From: Squalus acanthias
Taxonomy: Eukaryota
DNA: 64,000 nucleotides
Reading direction: 5' to 3'
Assembly: GCA_030390025.1 (NCBI GenBank)
Contig: CM059431.1
Span: forward strand, 101,124,001 to 101,188,000
Shown: positions 25,225 to 38,132 of the stretch, in pieces
Position numbering within the stretch: the first letter of the stretch is position 1
Layout of the letters: the number at the start of each line of letters is the position of its first letter
Notes under the pieces: model-generated
What the model saw: only the letters and a program-made list of their open reading frames with translations
Told to the model about the DNA's origin: nothing
Database searches by the model: none
Made by a program: the position numbers and the translations under genes

Positions 25225-25802
25225 GCTGCTGGCAGATACCTCTGTTGGGGAAGCACTCAGTCCAAGCGGGCAGAGGGTCTTCCAAGGAGGTCCCACAGTT
25301 GAGAGATAGAAGCTGCAGCACCTCTGACTTCGGTAGGCCTGCTAAAAGTGCTGAAAGACCTTTGGAACAAAAGTTCTGCCACCTGTAACTGCTCCCTGGT
25401 GAAAGCTCCGTTTTAATGGTGGAGTTGCAGCTGTGAGGAGGCCACCCACTTGTCAACCCGCCAGGATTAGCTGGCGTGGTTTAGGAGGGTCGTGCAACAA
25501 GCTGAAAATGCGGTAAAATAACAAAGGCCTGTCAAAATAGGATTACAGAGACCCTGAACTACTATTTAAGGGTCTTAACTACCTCTCCCGACTGATGGAG
25601 GCGGGACCGAATCGCACCCATCAAACCCGCCTCCGGCAAAATTGCACGGAGGCGGGTTCCGAACCCGCCCTCAGTTTTTGCCATTTTGCCAACTGTTCTG
25701 CCTCCAAACCCGCCTCCTCGGGGCTGGGAAAATCACCGCCTTTGTTGTCGTAAGGGTCACACTTACATCTTCAATATTTAGGATTGCGAAGTTTAAAATT
25801 AA

Positions 25803-26245
25803 ATAGAATCTCACAGCACAAAAGGAGGCCATTCGGCCCATCGTGCCTATGCCGGCTCTTTGAAAGAGCTATACAATTAGTCCCACTCCCCCCCGCTCTT
25901 TCCCCGTAGCCCTGTAATCATTTCCTTTTCAAGTATGTATCCAATTTTCCTTTGAAAGTTACTATTGAATCTGCTTCCACCGCCCTTTCAGGCAGCGCAT
26001 TCCAGATCACAACAACTCGCTGCGTAAAAATAAATTCTACTCATCCCCTCCCTCTGTTTCTTTTGCCAATTATCTTAAATCTGTGTCTGCTGGTTACTGA
26101 CCCTCTCAAAACCCCCTTCATAATTTTGAACACCTCTATTAAATCTCCCCGTAACCTTCTCTGCTCTAAGGAGAACAACCCCAGCTTCTCCAGTCTCTCC
26201 GTGAAACTGAAGTCCCTCATCCCTGGTACCGTTCTAGTAAATCTG
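25803..26245 (-). mobile_element. CR1 LINE 3' fragment
   Basis: RLEKLGLFSLEQRRLRGDLIEVFKI. Confidence 0.75.
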
Positions 26246-27257
26246 CTCAAAAATGGCAGAATAGAGAAAGACAGAAGGTGAATCTTTTTTAAAATTTCTT
26301 CACGGGATGTGGGCGTCGCTGGCAAGGCCGGCATTTATTGCCCATCCCTAATTGCCCTTGAGAAGGTGGTGGTGAGCCGCCTTCTTGAACCGTTGCAGTC
26401 CGTGTGGTGAAGGTACTCCCACAGTGCTGTTAGGGAGGGAGTTCCAGGATTTTGACCCAGCGACGATGAAGGAACGGCCGATATATTTCCAAGTCAGGAT
26501 GGTGTGTGACTCGGAGCGGAACTTGGAGGTGGTGGTGTTCCCATGCGCCTGCTGCCCTTGTCCTTCTAGGTGGAAGAGGTCGCGGGTTTGGGCGTTGCCG
26601 CCGAAGGAGCCTTGGCGAGTTGCTGCTGTGCATCTTGTAGATGGTACACACTGCAGCCATGGTGCGCCAGTGGTGGAGGGAGTGAATGTTTAAGGTGGTG
26701 GATGGGGTGCCAATCAAGCGGGCTGCTTTGTCCTGGATGGTGTCGAGCTTCTTGAGTGTTGTTGGAGCTGCACTCATCCAGGCAAGTGGAGAGTATTCCA
26801 TCACACTCCTGACTTGTGCCTTGTGACTTTAATTCTGATATTCTGGTGAAAATGAATTAAAAATCAAATTAATCCATATAGCTAATATTTCACATTATAA
26901 GAACAAAGAAGCAAGTGGAAAAAAAATGGCTTTTATTTATAAAAGCCCGAATCTTTTGATGTCCAATTCAGATTTTGGAAATTTCTGGACGATCCATGCA
27001 AAAGTCTGACTGCACAATCCCAAACCAGACAGGTGGGAACCCGACTGCGTCATCACTAGAGTGTAGCGAGCAGCTGTTGCTGCCGTAGTGCCGCCCCCCC
27101 TGGGGTGAACAGCCACCTGATGGATTTCTTGAGCCTCCGCACAGCTTGTCTGAATAAGTTTCTTCATTGGTGGCTGGAATCCTTCCCAGACTTCGAGCAA
27201 AAACAGGCTGCTTCTTTCAACTTGCCAGCAAGTTCTTGTGAAAATCTGTCAGCCACC

Positions 27258-27938
27258 GTGTGTCTGTGTGTGAGTGTGTGTCTGTGTATGTATGTCTGTG
27301 TGTGTATGTATGTGTGTTTGTGTGAGTGTGTTTGTGTGTGTGAGTGTGAGTGTGTGTGTGTGTGCATGTCTGTGTCTATGTGAGTGTGTGTTTGTGCGCG
27401 TCTGTGTGTGTTTGTGCGTGTCTATGTGTGTGTGTGTTTGTGTGTGTGTGTCTGTGTCTATGTGAGTGTGTTTGTGTGTGTGTGAGTGTGTGTGTGGGGT
27501 GTGTTTGTGTGTGTGAGTGTGAGTGTCTGTGACTATGTGTGTGTGTGTGTTTGTGTGTCTATGTGTGTGTGTTTGTGTCTGTGTGTGTGTTTGTGTGAGT
27601 CTGTGTGTCTATGTGTTTGCGTGTGTGTGTGTGAGTGTGTGTGTGTCTATGTGTGTGTCTCTATGTGTTTGTGTGTGTGAGTGTGTGTGTCTCTGTCTAT
27701 GTGTTTGTGTGTGTGAGTCTCTATCTATGTGTTTGTGTGTGTGTGTGTATCTATGTGTGTGTTTGTGTGAGTGTGTGTGTGTGTGTGTTTGTGTTTGTGT
27801 GTGTGTGTGTTTGTGTGAGTGTGTGTGTCTATGTGTTTGCGTGTGTGTGTCTCTGTCTATGTGTTTGTGTGTGTGTGTGTGTGTGTATCTATGTGTGTGT
27901 TTGTGTGAGTGTGTGTGTCTGTGTCTAAGTGTGTGTAC

Positions 27939-27973
<35 letters not shown>
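27258..27973. repeat. Long degenerate (GT)n microsatellite
   Basis: About 715 bp of TG dinucleotides with periodic interruptions. Confidence 0.95.
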
Positions 27974-27974
<1 letters not shown>

Positions 27975-28021
27975 TATTCATGTCATCAGTTAACCCTATC
28001 AACTAATTCTTTGCACACTCA

Positions 28022-28751
28022 GGCCCGGAATTTGCGGTTGGGATGACGGCGAAGTGGCAGCATGCGGAAATCCTGAAGTTGCGGCCTGTCATTGACAGCT
28101 CCGAAACTGGCTGCGCTGTGGCCCCCACACCCTCCCCCCCTCCTCACAGAGCCAGCAATCTGTGAAATCAGCCAAATCACTGAAACTGACCAAAACTTGG
28201 GCTCTTGCGCGGTAATACCGCTGTTAAATTCCCCACTAAAAGTTCGACCCAAAGGGATTCGGTGTAACTGGGTTTTAACAGCGCATCGACTGCTGAACAA
28301 AGGTTATGGGCCTGGAAAACTAATTTCAATTTTGAGCAGTGTGAAATTTGTTCATTTTAATAAAAATGTTAATTTTAAAGAAACTTTTCTAATTTAATTT
28401 TTAAAGTTTGTCCATCTTTATTTCAGGTTTGCCTTTTCCCCGTGTGAGCGCCCCAATCTTTCTTTTGCTCTCTAACATTTTTAAAAAGTTAGAATTTTAG
28501 GAGCATACCCACTTCCTGTTTCGCTGACTTTGAGAATTCTGCGTTTTGATTGGCTGTTTAGACAGCCTGTTGACGTCACAGCAGCTCGCACTGGGGGGGA
28601 CTCCCCGCTAACTTCGGTTAATTTGAATCGAAGGTCGGAAAACCCGCAGTCCTCGACACAGGGATCGCGAGATCCTCGTGGGTTGTGCGGAGCGTACTTC
28701 GGGGCCAGCGGCGAACGCCTTCGCTTTGCCGCTGACTGCAAATTCCGAGCC
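28022..28751. mobile_element. Harbinger-type MITE
   Basis: TIR GGCCCGGAATTTGC/GCAAATTCCGAGCC with TSD TCA. Confidence 0.75.
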
Positions 28752-29869
28752 TCAGTATTTAAAGTTTAGGTGCTCCTAACTATGAATCCAAGGTTGGTAA
28801 ATCATTGTTAGCTCATAATTTTGTCAGAGAAGAACTGCCGTTGGAAGATAAGAACAGGAGGAGGCCATTCAGCCCCTCGAGCCTGTTCTGCCATTCAACG
28901 GCTGATCTGTACCCATGTAATTTACCCAGTCTCAGGCCATGACTCGGGCCCTCCACCCTGGGTATAAGAAGTTGGGGCAATATTCCAAATGAGATCTGAC
29001 CAGCAGTCTGAATAATTGCAGCAGCACTTCCTTGTTTTTTATATTCTCAACCTCTCGCGGTGAAAGCCCAATGATCCCAATGACCGTTTTTGCACCTGCA
29101 GAACCAGCCTTTAATAACTTAGCTGTCCTTTTCCTTCTGTCTTCTTTTCCTCACCATTTCACCTTCCTTCCTTGTCGATCTCATTAGACGTTTTTCCTTC
29201 TTTTGATTTGATTGGTGGATTTTTTTTCAATCCATTCTTCTTGCAAGTTCCTTCCCATCCGTTTCAGTCTTTCCTACTTCTGTTTCAATTTCTGTCCAGT
29301 ATACCCGCTGCCCTCGATTCATACTCTCAACAGTTCCAATGGGTTTTCATGAGTCAAGTGAAACGTTTCAGAATTTGGAACTTTTGATAAACAAAGTCGA
29401 CTTTTTGAAGTAAATGTGCAATGTCAGAAGGTTCAAATCTATTTGCGAAAATTCCAAGAAATTTCACCCATTTTTTTCGACTTTGAGCCAGAGATTATTG
29501 TCTTTTTCCTTCACACACCTCTTCCATCATGACTTAATTTTCCCCTCACATTCAAGAGAGTTTTAGTAATGACTCATTAATGGTACACAGCTTCTCTAAT
29601 CAGATGCAAAGGGTTCTCTTCATTGTTAGAAGCAGTCTGGTTCTATGTTGTACCCACTGGAAAGTGTGCAGTGCAGACGTTGCATGAGGACAGGGTCAGG
29701 GTCAGACTTGGCTATAAATGACTTCCACAATTAAATAATTTGCCAAGACTTACTGTCTAGACTCAAAGATTGGCCTGTGGACGCGGCTATATAGACCAGT
29801 TAGTACTCTTGAAGCTGTCAGGAGAGTCAGTGCCTTCAGGAGAGGAGAGATTGATAGAAAACAATAAAG

Positions 29870-30340
29870 ACAACAACAACAACAACAACTCGTATTTATA
29901 CAGCGCCTTTAATGTAGCAAAACATCCCAAGGCGCTTCAGAAGAGCGATTATCCAACATAATTTGACACCGAGTCACATACGGAGACATTAGGACAGGCG
30001 ACCAAAAGCTTGGTCAAAGAGGTAGGTTTTAAGGAGCGTCTTAAAGGAGGAGAGAGAGATAGAGAGGCGGAGAGGTTTAGGGAGTGAATTCCAGAGCTTA
30101 GGGTCTCGGCAGCTGAAGGCACGGCCGCCAATGGTGGAGCGATTAAAATTGGGGTCGCGCAAGACGCCAGAACTGGAATGAGCGCAGAGATCTCGGAGGG
30201 TTGTAGAGCTGGAGAAAGTTGCAGAGATAGGGAGGGGGCGAGGCCATGGAGGGATTTGAAAACAAGGATGAGACTTTTTAAATTGAGGCGTTGCCGGACC
30301 GGGAGCCAGTGTAAGGTCAGCGAGCACAGTGGGGTGCAGG
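29870..30340 (-). mobile_element. L2-clade LINE 3' fragment
   Basis: RSTIGGRAFSC..KLWNSLP..FKTLLKTYLF with an (AAC)n tail. Confidence 0.75.
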
Positions 30341-31814
30341 AATTCTGAAGAGTTTGCAGGAGATACAGGGGCTGAATTTGCCTGGGCCTTTCTGACGTGT
30401 TTGGGCAGGTGAAGGTGGAAATTGGGGCTGGTCCTGATTGCATCCCCTTCTCCGCCCGTCAAAATTTCTGGGCAGGGGGCAGATTACGTCCACCCACAAA
30501 TGGGCGGGTTCATGCGCACAGGAGAATAACGTCACACCATGTCCTTCCCGCTTCGCACTCTTAGCAACACCGGATGCAGGACATGCTTGTGCATCTCTGG
30601 CATCCAACGCTGCTACTGCCTCAGAGGTTGCTACTTTGTTGAAAGCCAGACATAGTCAATCCATTGCAATATCTAGGACGATCCACTGCAGTGACGCAAA
30701 CCGACCATTGGAGAAAAGCTTGGACCTTTTATTTCAGGCCACTTCTTCAGACCTGCCCGGTTCCCTCTCTCTCTAATTTCCCCAGGCAGGAGTCCCAGTT
30801 GCTCTGATACTGGTGCAAGTATCTTCCCAGTTTATGGAAATGCCCTGACCCCAGGAATTCTGATGCGGGGGGAGAGGGGGTGGGTGGGGGCGGCCAGGGG
30901 CACCTGGGGCCCAAGGATGGAAGTCCCAATCCTGCCATGAGTACGGTAGCCCTGGAGGCCCATGAAAATTCAGAGCCACCATTGCAACTCAATCACAAAA
31001 GTACGCAGGGATCTCCTTTTAATTGCTAAATCACAGTTCTCTGAATTATATTGGTTCAAAGCTTAGTTCAGTGTGACAACAAGAACGAGTACTCCATGTG
31101 TAACAGCCTTGCCAGATTGGAAATGCTTACAATATCAGAAATGTAACACTGCAAAGGGTTACGAGAACATGTTAAGTGTACGGTAGCATAGATATGGGGT
31201 ACGGTGGCATAGTGGTTATGTTACTGGACGAGTAATCCAGAGGTTTGGACGACTAATCCAGAGCAGCACAGAGTCTGAACCGGGAAGCGTGAGTTAGGAC
31301 AGTGAATTCGGTGTCAAATCAGGTACAGAAAGTGAAGCAAAGAGAGGGAAAGAAAGACTGGATTAAGAGAGAGAGAAAAAAAGAGACAGAAAGAATTTAA
31401 AAAAATTAAATCTCCAACAGTAACTAAAACTGAAGGAATGAGATTCCGCCCTTGTAATAGTTAATTTTCATGCCAGAGAGGTTGTTTGGCAGTAATTAAC
31501 AGTTAACAGGCCATTAATAGGGTACTTAAGACTGGAGTGGACAAGCCCTAACTCTCTGTGGCGGGTTCAGTCCGTATCTACGCCATCGGTACAGGAACTT
31601 CGCGCCATTCAATGCCTCTGAATGGTGAGTCAGACGGCGAGATGTCGGTTTAGTTTGCAAAGTGAACGGCAGAACGGAGCATCTCAGACAGCAGCTCCCA
31701 GATTTCCCTGTTTGACGGCGCTCCGGGCCTCGCTTCAAGTTGCTGTCCGATGTGCGCATAAATAACGGTGAGAGCCATTAACCTCACCGTTATTTTCACA
31801 GTAATTTCTGGGTC

Positions 31815-32715
31815 TTTCTCTCTCGCTCTCTCTCTCCAACACCCCACCCCGGCCCACGCACCCTCTCCCTCGCCTCTCGGTCCGCTCTCATCTCTCTCTC
31901 CAACACCCGCCTCCCCCACCCACGCACCCTCTCCCTCGCCTCTCGGTCCTCTCTCACTCTCTCCAACACCCGCCTCCCCCACCCACGCACCCTCTCCCTC
32001 GCCTCTCGGTCCTCTCTCACTCTCTCCAACACCCGCCTCCCCCACCCACGCACCCTCTCCCTCGCCTCTCGGTCCTCTCTCACTCTCTCCAACACCCGCC
32101 TCCCCCACCCACGCACCCTCTCCCTCGTCTCTCGGTCCTCTCTCATCTCTCTCTCCCTCCCCACCCCCACCCACACACCCTCTCCCTCGTCTCTTGGTCC
32201 TCTCTCATCTCTCTCTCCAACACCCCCTCCCCCACCCACGCACCCTCTCCCTCGCCTCTCAGTCCTCTCTCACTCTCTCCAACACCCGCCTCCCCCACCC
32301 ACGCACCCTCTCCCTCGCCTCTCGGTCCTCTCTCATCTCTCTTTTCCCCCCTCCCCCCACCCACTCCCTCGCCTCTCGGTCGTCTCTCATCTCTCTCTCT
32401 CTCTCTCCAACACCCGCCTCCTCCACCCACGCACCCTCTACCTCGCCTCTCAGTCCTCTCTCATCTCTCTCTCCGCCCCCCCCCCACCCACGCACCCTCT
32501 CCCTCGACTCTCGGTCCTCTCTCATCTCTCTCTCTCTCTCCAACACCCCACGCACCCTCTCCCTCATCTCTTGGTCCTCTCTCTCTCCAACACCCGCCTC
32601 CCCCACCCACGCACCCTCTCCCTCGCCTCTCGGTCCTCTCTTATCTCTCTCTCTCTCTCCCTCCAACACCCGCCCCCCCCCACCCACGCACCCTCTCCCT
32701 CTCTCATCTCTCTCA
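31815..32715. repeat. C/T-rich minisatellite, about 63-bp unit
   Basis: Unit ctctccaacacccgcctcccccacccacgcaccctctccctcgcctctcggtcctctctcact, with 21-aa periodicity in the ORFs. Confidence 0.9.
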
Positions 32716-34046
32716 GTGCATGTGTAGTGCTCGAAGGTGCAGTCATGTGTAACTCTTAGCAACACTTCATTTACAGTTGGTAATAAAAAGGGATTAGGCT
32801 GTCAATCAGATGGCACCAAGAGAGAGGCAGGCTGTCACTCCATGGGGTTCCTTTACATAATGAACACTGACTCAGATAATTTATTTTTTCACCACCGCAT
32901 ATTTCCTCAGCTGACACATTGAGGCCAATGTGGAAGAGAAGGTGGCTGAGAGGGTGACCTAATAAAGGTCTTCAAAATTCTGAAGGGGTTCAATAGGGTT
33001 GACATAAAGAAGATGTTTCCACTTGTGGGGGAGACCAAAACTAGGGATCATCAATATAAGATAGTCACTAATAAATCCAATAGGGAATTCAGGGGAAACC
33101 TCTTTACCTAGAGAGTGGTGAGAATGTGGAACTCGCAACCACAGGGAGTGGTTGAGGCGAATAGCAGAGATACATTTCAGGAGAATCATAGAATCATAGA
33201 AAAGTTACAGCACGGAAGGAGGCCATTTCGGCCCATCGTGTCCGTGCCGGCCAACAAAGAGCTATCCAGCCTAATCCCACTTCCCAGCTCTTGGTCCGTA
33301 GCCCTGCAGGTTAGAGCATCCCAAGTACACATCCAAGTACTTTTTAAATGTGGTTAGGGTTCCTGCCTCTACCACCCTTTCAGGCAGTGAGTTCCAGACC
33401 CCCACAACCCTCTGGGTGAAGAAATTTCCCCTCAAATCCCCTCTAAACCTTCCACCAATTACTTTAAATCTGCCCCCTGGTTTTTGACCCCTCTGCTAAG
33501 GGAAATAGGTCCTTTCTATCCACTTTATCTATGCCCCTCACAATTTTATACACCTCAATAAGGTCTCCCCTCAGCCTCCTCTGTTCCAAGGAAAACAGAC
33601 CCAGCCAATCCAGTCTTTCCTCATAGCTAAGATTCTCTACTCCCGGCAACATCCTTGTAAATCTCCTCTGTACCCTCTCTAGTGCAATCACATCTTTCCT
33701 GTAATGTGGTGACCAGAACTGCACGCAGTACTCTAGCTGAGGCCTAACTAGTGTTTTATACAGTTGAAGCATAACCCCCTGTTCTTGTATTCTATGTGAG
33801 AAGTCGCACAACACCAGGTTATAGTCCAACAGCTTTATTTGAAATCACAAGCTTTCGGAGCGCTGCTCCTTCGTCAGGTGAAGTGAAGAGATGCATATAG
33901 GCATATAGTCAGAGAACACTGCCAGATGATTACAGTTAATCTTTCCAACTGCCCTTTATCACACCTCGGCAGAGAGATAATCACGGCAATCACAGGTGTG
34001 GATGGTGTCCAACCAGGTCAGTCAGGAAAACATTACATCAAAGATA

Positions 34047-34798
34047 GGGCTGGATTTTGAATGACCCGTGGAGTCGGATTTGGAGGCGTGTGGGGGGTTA
34101 AATTTGGGGGGTCGGGGGTCCCGACTCCATCCCGCCTCCACGCAATTTTGACAAAATCAGTCGCGGGGTTCTCGACTCCCTCCCGCCTCCAAGAGGCGGG
34201 AGAGGCCATTAAAGCCCTTAACAAGCCCTAAATTGGCTCTGTAATGCCATTTTGAAACGTTTTAGCTAGTTTAACCCTTTTGTGACGTGAAGTACGCCTG
34301 GTGTGAAACACTCCAGTGAAACCTGGCGGGAGCACAAGTGGATAGCTGACTATCAGCTGCAGGTCCACTATTACAACGGAGATGTGATGAAGGTAGTAGT
34401 AGTAGTAGTATTAGGTCTGAAAGTCGCCTCTGATGCTGCTGCATTGAATGTCTTCAGAGACTGCCTGGCCTTTGCTGTGAGAGGACTTGGATGCAAAAAA
34501 ATTCTCTCTCTCTCTCGCTCTCTCTCTCTCACACACATATATATCTAGGTCCACTCACATCAAAAGCCAGGCAGGTCCTCTCTCAACAGCCAGACAGTCT
34601 CTGAGACCAGGCAGTCAGCAATGATGACATCATCAGAGGCGACTTTCAGACTGAAACCACTAATTAGTTCATGGGTTCCCACATGCTGGAACTCAATTGC
34701 CCAATTAAGTGAAAATTGCATCATTCATCCACATTAATCTGGAGTCGGGGGGGGAACACGAAATGCGGATGACCCGACCCCAAGACAAAATCCAGCCC
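34047..34798. mobile_element. Harbinger-type MITE nested in the PLE left arm
   Basis: TIR GGGCTGGATTTTG/CAAAATCCAGCCC. Absent from the mirror arm. Confidence 0.8.
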
Positions 34799-35675
34799 AA
34801 TGTGGCAGATGCTGGGGTCTGTATGGAAAACAAAAAACTTTTTTTGCTGGAAATCACAGCAGGTCCGGCCGCATCTGTGTAGAGAGAACAAGCCAACGAC
34901 GACTCGAGTCTGGATGACTCTACATCAGGTGGGGTTACATGTAGCGTGACATGAACCCAAGATCCCGGTTGAGGCCGTCCTCATGGGTGCGGAACTTGGC
35001 TATCAGTTTCTGCTCGACGATTTTGCGTTGTCGTGTGTCTCGAAGGCCGCCTTGGAGAACGCTTACCCGAAGATCGAAGGCGGAGTGTCCTTGACTGCTG
35101 AAGTGATCCCCGACTGGGAGGGAACACTCCTGCCTGGCGATATGAACGGACACTGCGCAACAATCGCCAGGCAGGAGTGTTCCCTCCCAGTCGGGGAACA
35201 CTTCAGCAGTCAAGGACATTCAGCCTCCGATCTTCGGGTAAGCGTTCTCCAAGGCGGCCTTCGAGACACACGAGAATGCAAAATCGTCGAGCAGAAACTG
35301 ATAGCCAAGTTCCACACCCATGAGGACGGCCTCAACCGGGATCTTGGGTTCATGTCACGCTACATGTAACCCCACCTGACGTAGAGTCATCCAGACTCGA
35401 GTCGTCGTTGGCTTGTTCTCTCTACACAGATGCGGCCGGACCTGCTGTGATTTCCAGCAAAAAAAGTTTTTTGTTTTCCATACAGACCCCAGCATCTGCC
35501 ACATTGTCTTTGATGTAATGTTTTCCTGACTGACCTGTTTGGACACCATCCACACCTTTGATTGCCGTGATTATCTCTCTGCCGAGGTGTGATAAAGGGC
35601 AGTTGGAAAGATTAACTGTAATCATCTGGCAGTGTTCTCTGACTATATATGCTGTGCCTATATGCATCTCTTCAC

Positions 35676-35713
35676 TTCACCTGACGAAGGAGCAGCGCTC
35701 CGAAAGCTTGTGA
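35676..35713 (+). ncRNA. Minimal type I hammerhead ribozyme motif (PLE family A)
   Basis: ttcac-CTGACGA-a-ggagc-agc-gctcc-GAAA-gctt-gtga: stem I tcac/gtga, stem II ggagc/gctcc, and palindromic AAGCTT in stem III. Confidence 0.7.
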
Positions 35714-36884
35714 TTTCAAATAAAGCTGTTGGACTATAACCTGATGTTGTGCGACTTCTCACATTTGTCCACCCCAGTCCAGCATCTCCACATCACAACT
35801 TGTATTCTATGCCACGGCTAATAAAGGCAAGCATTCCGTATGCCTTCTTAACCACCTTATCTACCTGGCCCGCTACCTTCAGGGATCTGTGGACATGCAC
35901 TCCAAGGTCCCTTTGTTCCTCTACGCTACTCAGTGTCCTACCATTTAATGTGTATTCCCTTTCCTTGTTAGCCCTCCCCAAATGCATTACCTCACACTTC
36001 TCCGGATTGAATTCCATTTGCCACTGTTCTGCCCACCTGACCAATTTATTGATATCTTCCTGCAGTCTACAGCTTCCTTCTTCAGTATCAACCACACAGC
36101 CGATTTTAGTATCATCTGCAAACTTCTTAATCATACACCCTATATTCAAGTCTAGATCACTGATATATACTGTACCACAAAAAGCAAGGGACCTAGTACT
36201 GAGTCCTGCAGAATCCCACTGGAAACAGCCTTCCAGTCACAAAAACACCCATCAACCATTACCCTCTGCTTCCTGTCTCCGAGCCAGTTTTGAATCCAAC
36301 TTGACACTTTGCCCTGGATCCCATGGGCTTTTAACTTCGTGACCAGTCTGCCATGTGGAACCTTATCAAAAGCCTTGGTAAAGTCCATATACACTACCCT
36401 CATCTACCCTCCTTGTTACCTCCTCAAAAAATTCAATCAAGTTTGTCAGACACGACCTTCCCTTAACAAATCCGTGCTGACTATCCTTGATTAATCCGTG
36501 TCTTTCTAAAGGAAGATTTATCCTGTCCTTCACAATTCTTTCCAATAATTTTCCCACCACCGAGGTTAGGCTGACTGGCCTGTAATTACTCGGTCTATCC
36601 TTTTCTCCCTTTTTAAACAAGGGTACCACATTAGCAGTCTTCCAGTCCTCCGGCACCACATCTGAAGCCAGAGAGGATTGAAAAATGATGGTCAGGGCCT
36701 CTGCTATTTCCTCTTTTGCTTCGCTAGGTAAGCACATGAGGGAGAAAGGAATAGAAGGATATGCTGATGGGGTGAGATGGAGAGGGGCCGGCAGGAGGCT
36801 CGTGTGGAGCATAAACACCGGCACGGACCAGTTGGGCCGAATGGCCTGTTTCTGTGCTGTAAACACTTTGCAATTCTATGTAAT

Positions 36885-37575
36885 AGAAACATAGAAAATA
36901 GGTACAGGAGTAGACCATTCGGTCCTTCGAGCCTGCACCGCCATTCAATGCGTTCATGGCTGAACATGCTACCTCAGTACCCCATTCCTGCTTTCTCGCC
37001 ATACTCCTTGATCCCCCTAGTTGTGAGTGTTATATCTAACTCCCTTTTGAATATATTTAGCGAACTGGCCTCAACAACCTTCTGTGGAAGAGAATTCCAT
37101 AGATTCACCACTCTCTGGGTGAAGAAGTTCCTCCTCAGCTCAGTCTTAAATGGCTTCCCCTTAATCCTTAGACTGTGACCCCTGGTTCTAGTTTTCCCTA
37201 ACATTGGGAACATTCTGCCCGCATCTAATTTGTCTAAACCAGTCAGGATTTTAAATGTCTCTATAAGATCCCCCCTCATTCTTCTGAACTCCAGAGGATA
37301 CAAGTTCAGTTGACCCAATCTTTCTTGATATGTCAGTCCGGCCATCCCAGGAATCAATCTAGTGAACCTTCGCTGCACTCCCTCAATAGCAAGAATGTCC
37401 TTCCTTAAGTTAGGAGACCAAAACTGCGCACAATACTCCAGGTGTGGCCTCACCAAGGCCCTGTACAACTGCAGCATCACCTCCCTACTCCTGCACTCAA
37501 ATCCCCTTGCTATGAAGGCCATCATTCCGTTTGCTTTCTTGACTGCCTGCTGCACTTGCATTCCCACCTTCATCT
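36885..37575 (-). mobile_element. CR1 LINE 3' fragment (second subfamily)
   Basis: 199-aa ORF LYRALVRPHLEYCAQFWSP..RRMRGDLIE..WNSLP. Confidence 0.85.
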
Positions 37576-38132
37576 TGTGCCTGAATACCTGGATTTGCAG
37601 TCTTCAACCATCAGGAAGCGAAGAATTGCTTTGGCTGCTGTGTGTAGCAACACTGAAATACATCTTATGTCTACCCTATCGAACTCTTTCACAATCTTAA
37701 AGACCTCTATTAGGTGACCTCTCACATCTTCTCTTTTCTAGAGAAAGGAGCCCCAGCCTGCTCAATCTTTCCTGATAGATATACCCTCTCAGTTCTGGTA
37801 TCATCCTTGTAAATCTTTCTTGCACTTTTTTCCAGTGCTTCTATATCCTTTTAGTAATATGGAGACCAGAACTGTTGCACAGTACTCCAGGTGCAGTCTA
37901 ACCAAGGCTTTATACAAGTTTAACATAACTTCTCTGCTTTTCAATTCTATTCCTCTAGATTCTATTCCTCTAAACATTAACCTGTTTATTTTTCCTTTTT
38001 ATTTCAGCCCATTAGACCAACACAAATAAGGCCACGGACAGTTTGCAAGTGCAAGTTCCAAAAATACTAAATTGTTCTGAGCAAGGGAAAATCTCTTGGG
38101 TCACTAACTGAAGACTGAGTTCCAGCTTCTTA

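Larger units (their letters stand above)
33797..35798 (+). mobile_element. Penelope-like element (family A) with long inverted 5' arm
   Basis: 33794-35141 (minus the nested MITE) is the reverse complement of 35163-35764. Endonuclease C-terminus at 35142-35369. The tail of about 34 nt is only on the right. 13-bp TSD cttgtattctatg. Hammerheads at 33845-33882 (-) and 35676-35713 (+). Confidence 0.85.
33185..36728 (-). mobile_element. CR1 LINE RT fragment interrupted by a PLE
   Basis: RT segments NYRPVSLTS, FDKVPH, LGPLLF, KFADDTK and YKTLVRPQLEYC run colinearly across 35799-36728 and 33185-33796. Confidence 0.85.

Noticed and set aside
24523..25296. Host HARBI1 gene
   Set aside because: Truncated, fused to LINE sequence and bounded by a transposon terminus shared with MITEs.
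27274..27993. Cys/Val-rich ORFs
   Set aside because: Translations of a (GT)n microsatellite.
31650..32765. Pro/Ser-rich and Glu/Arg-rich ORFs
   Set aside because: Translations of the C/T-rich minisatellite.
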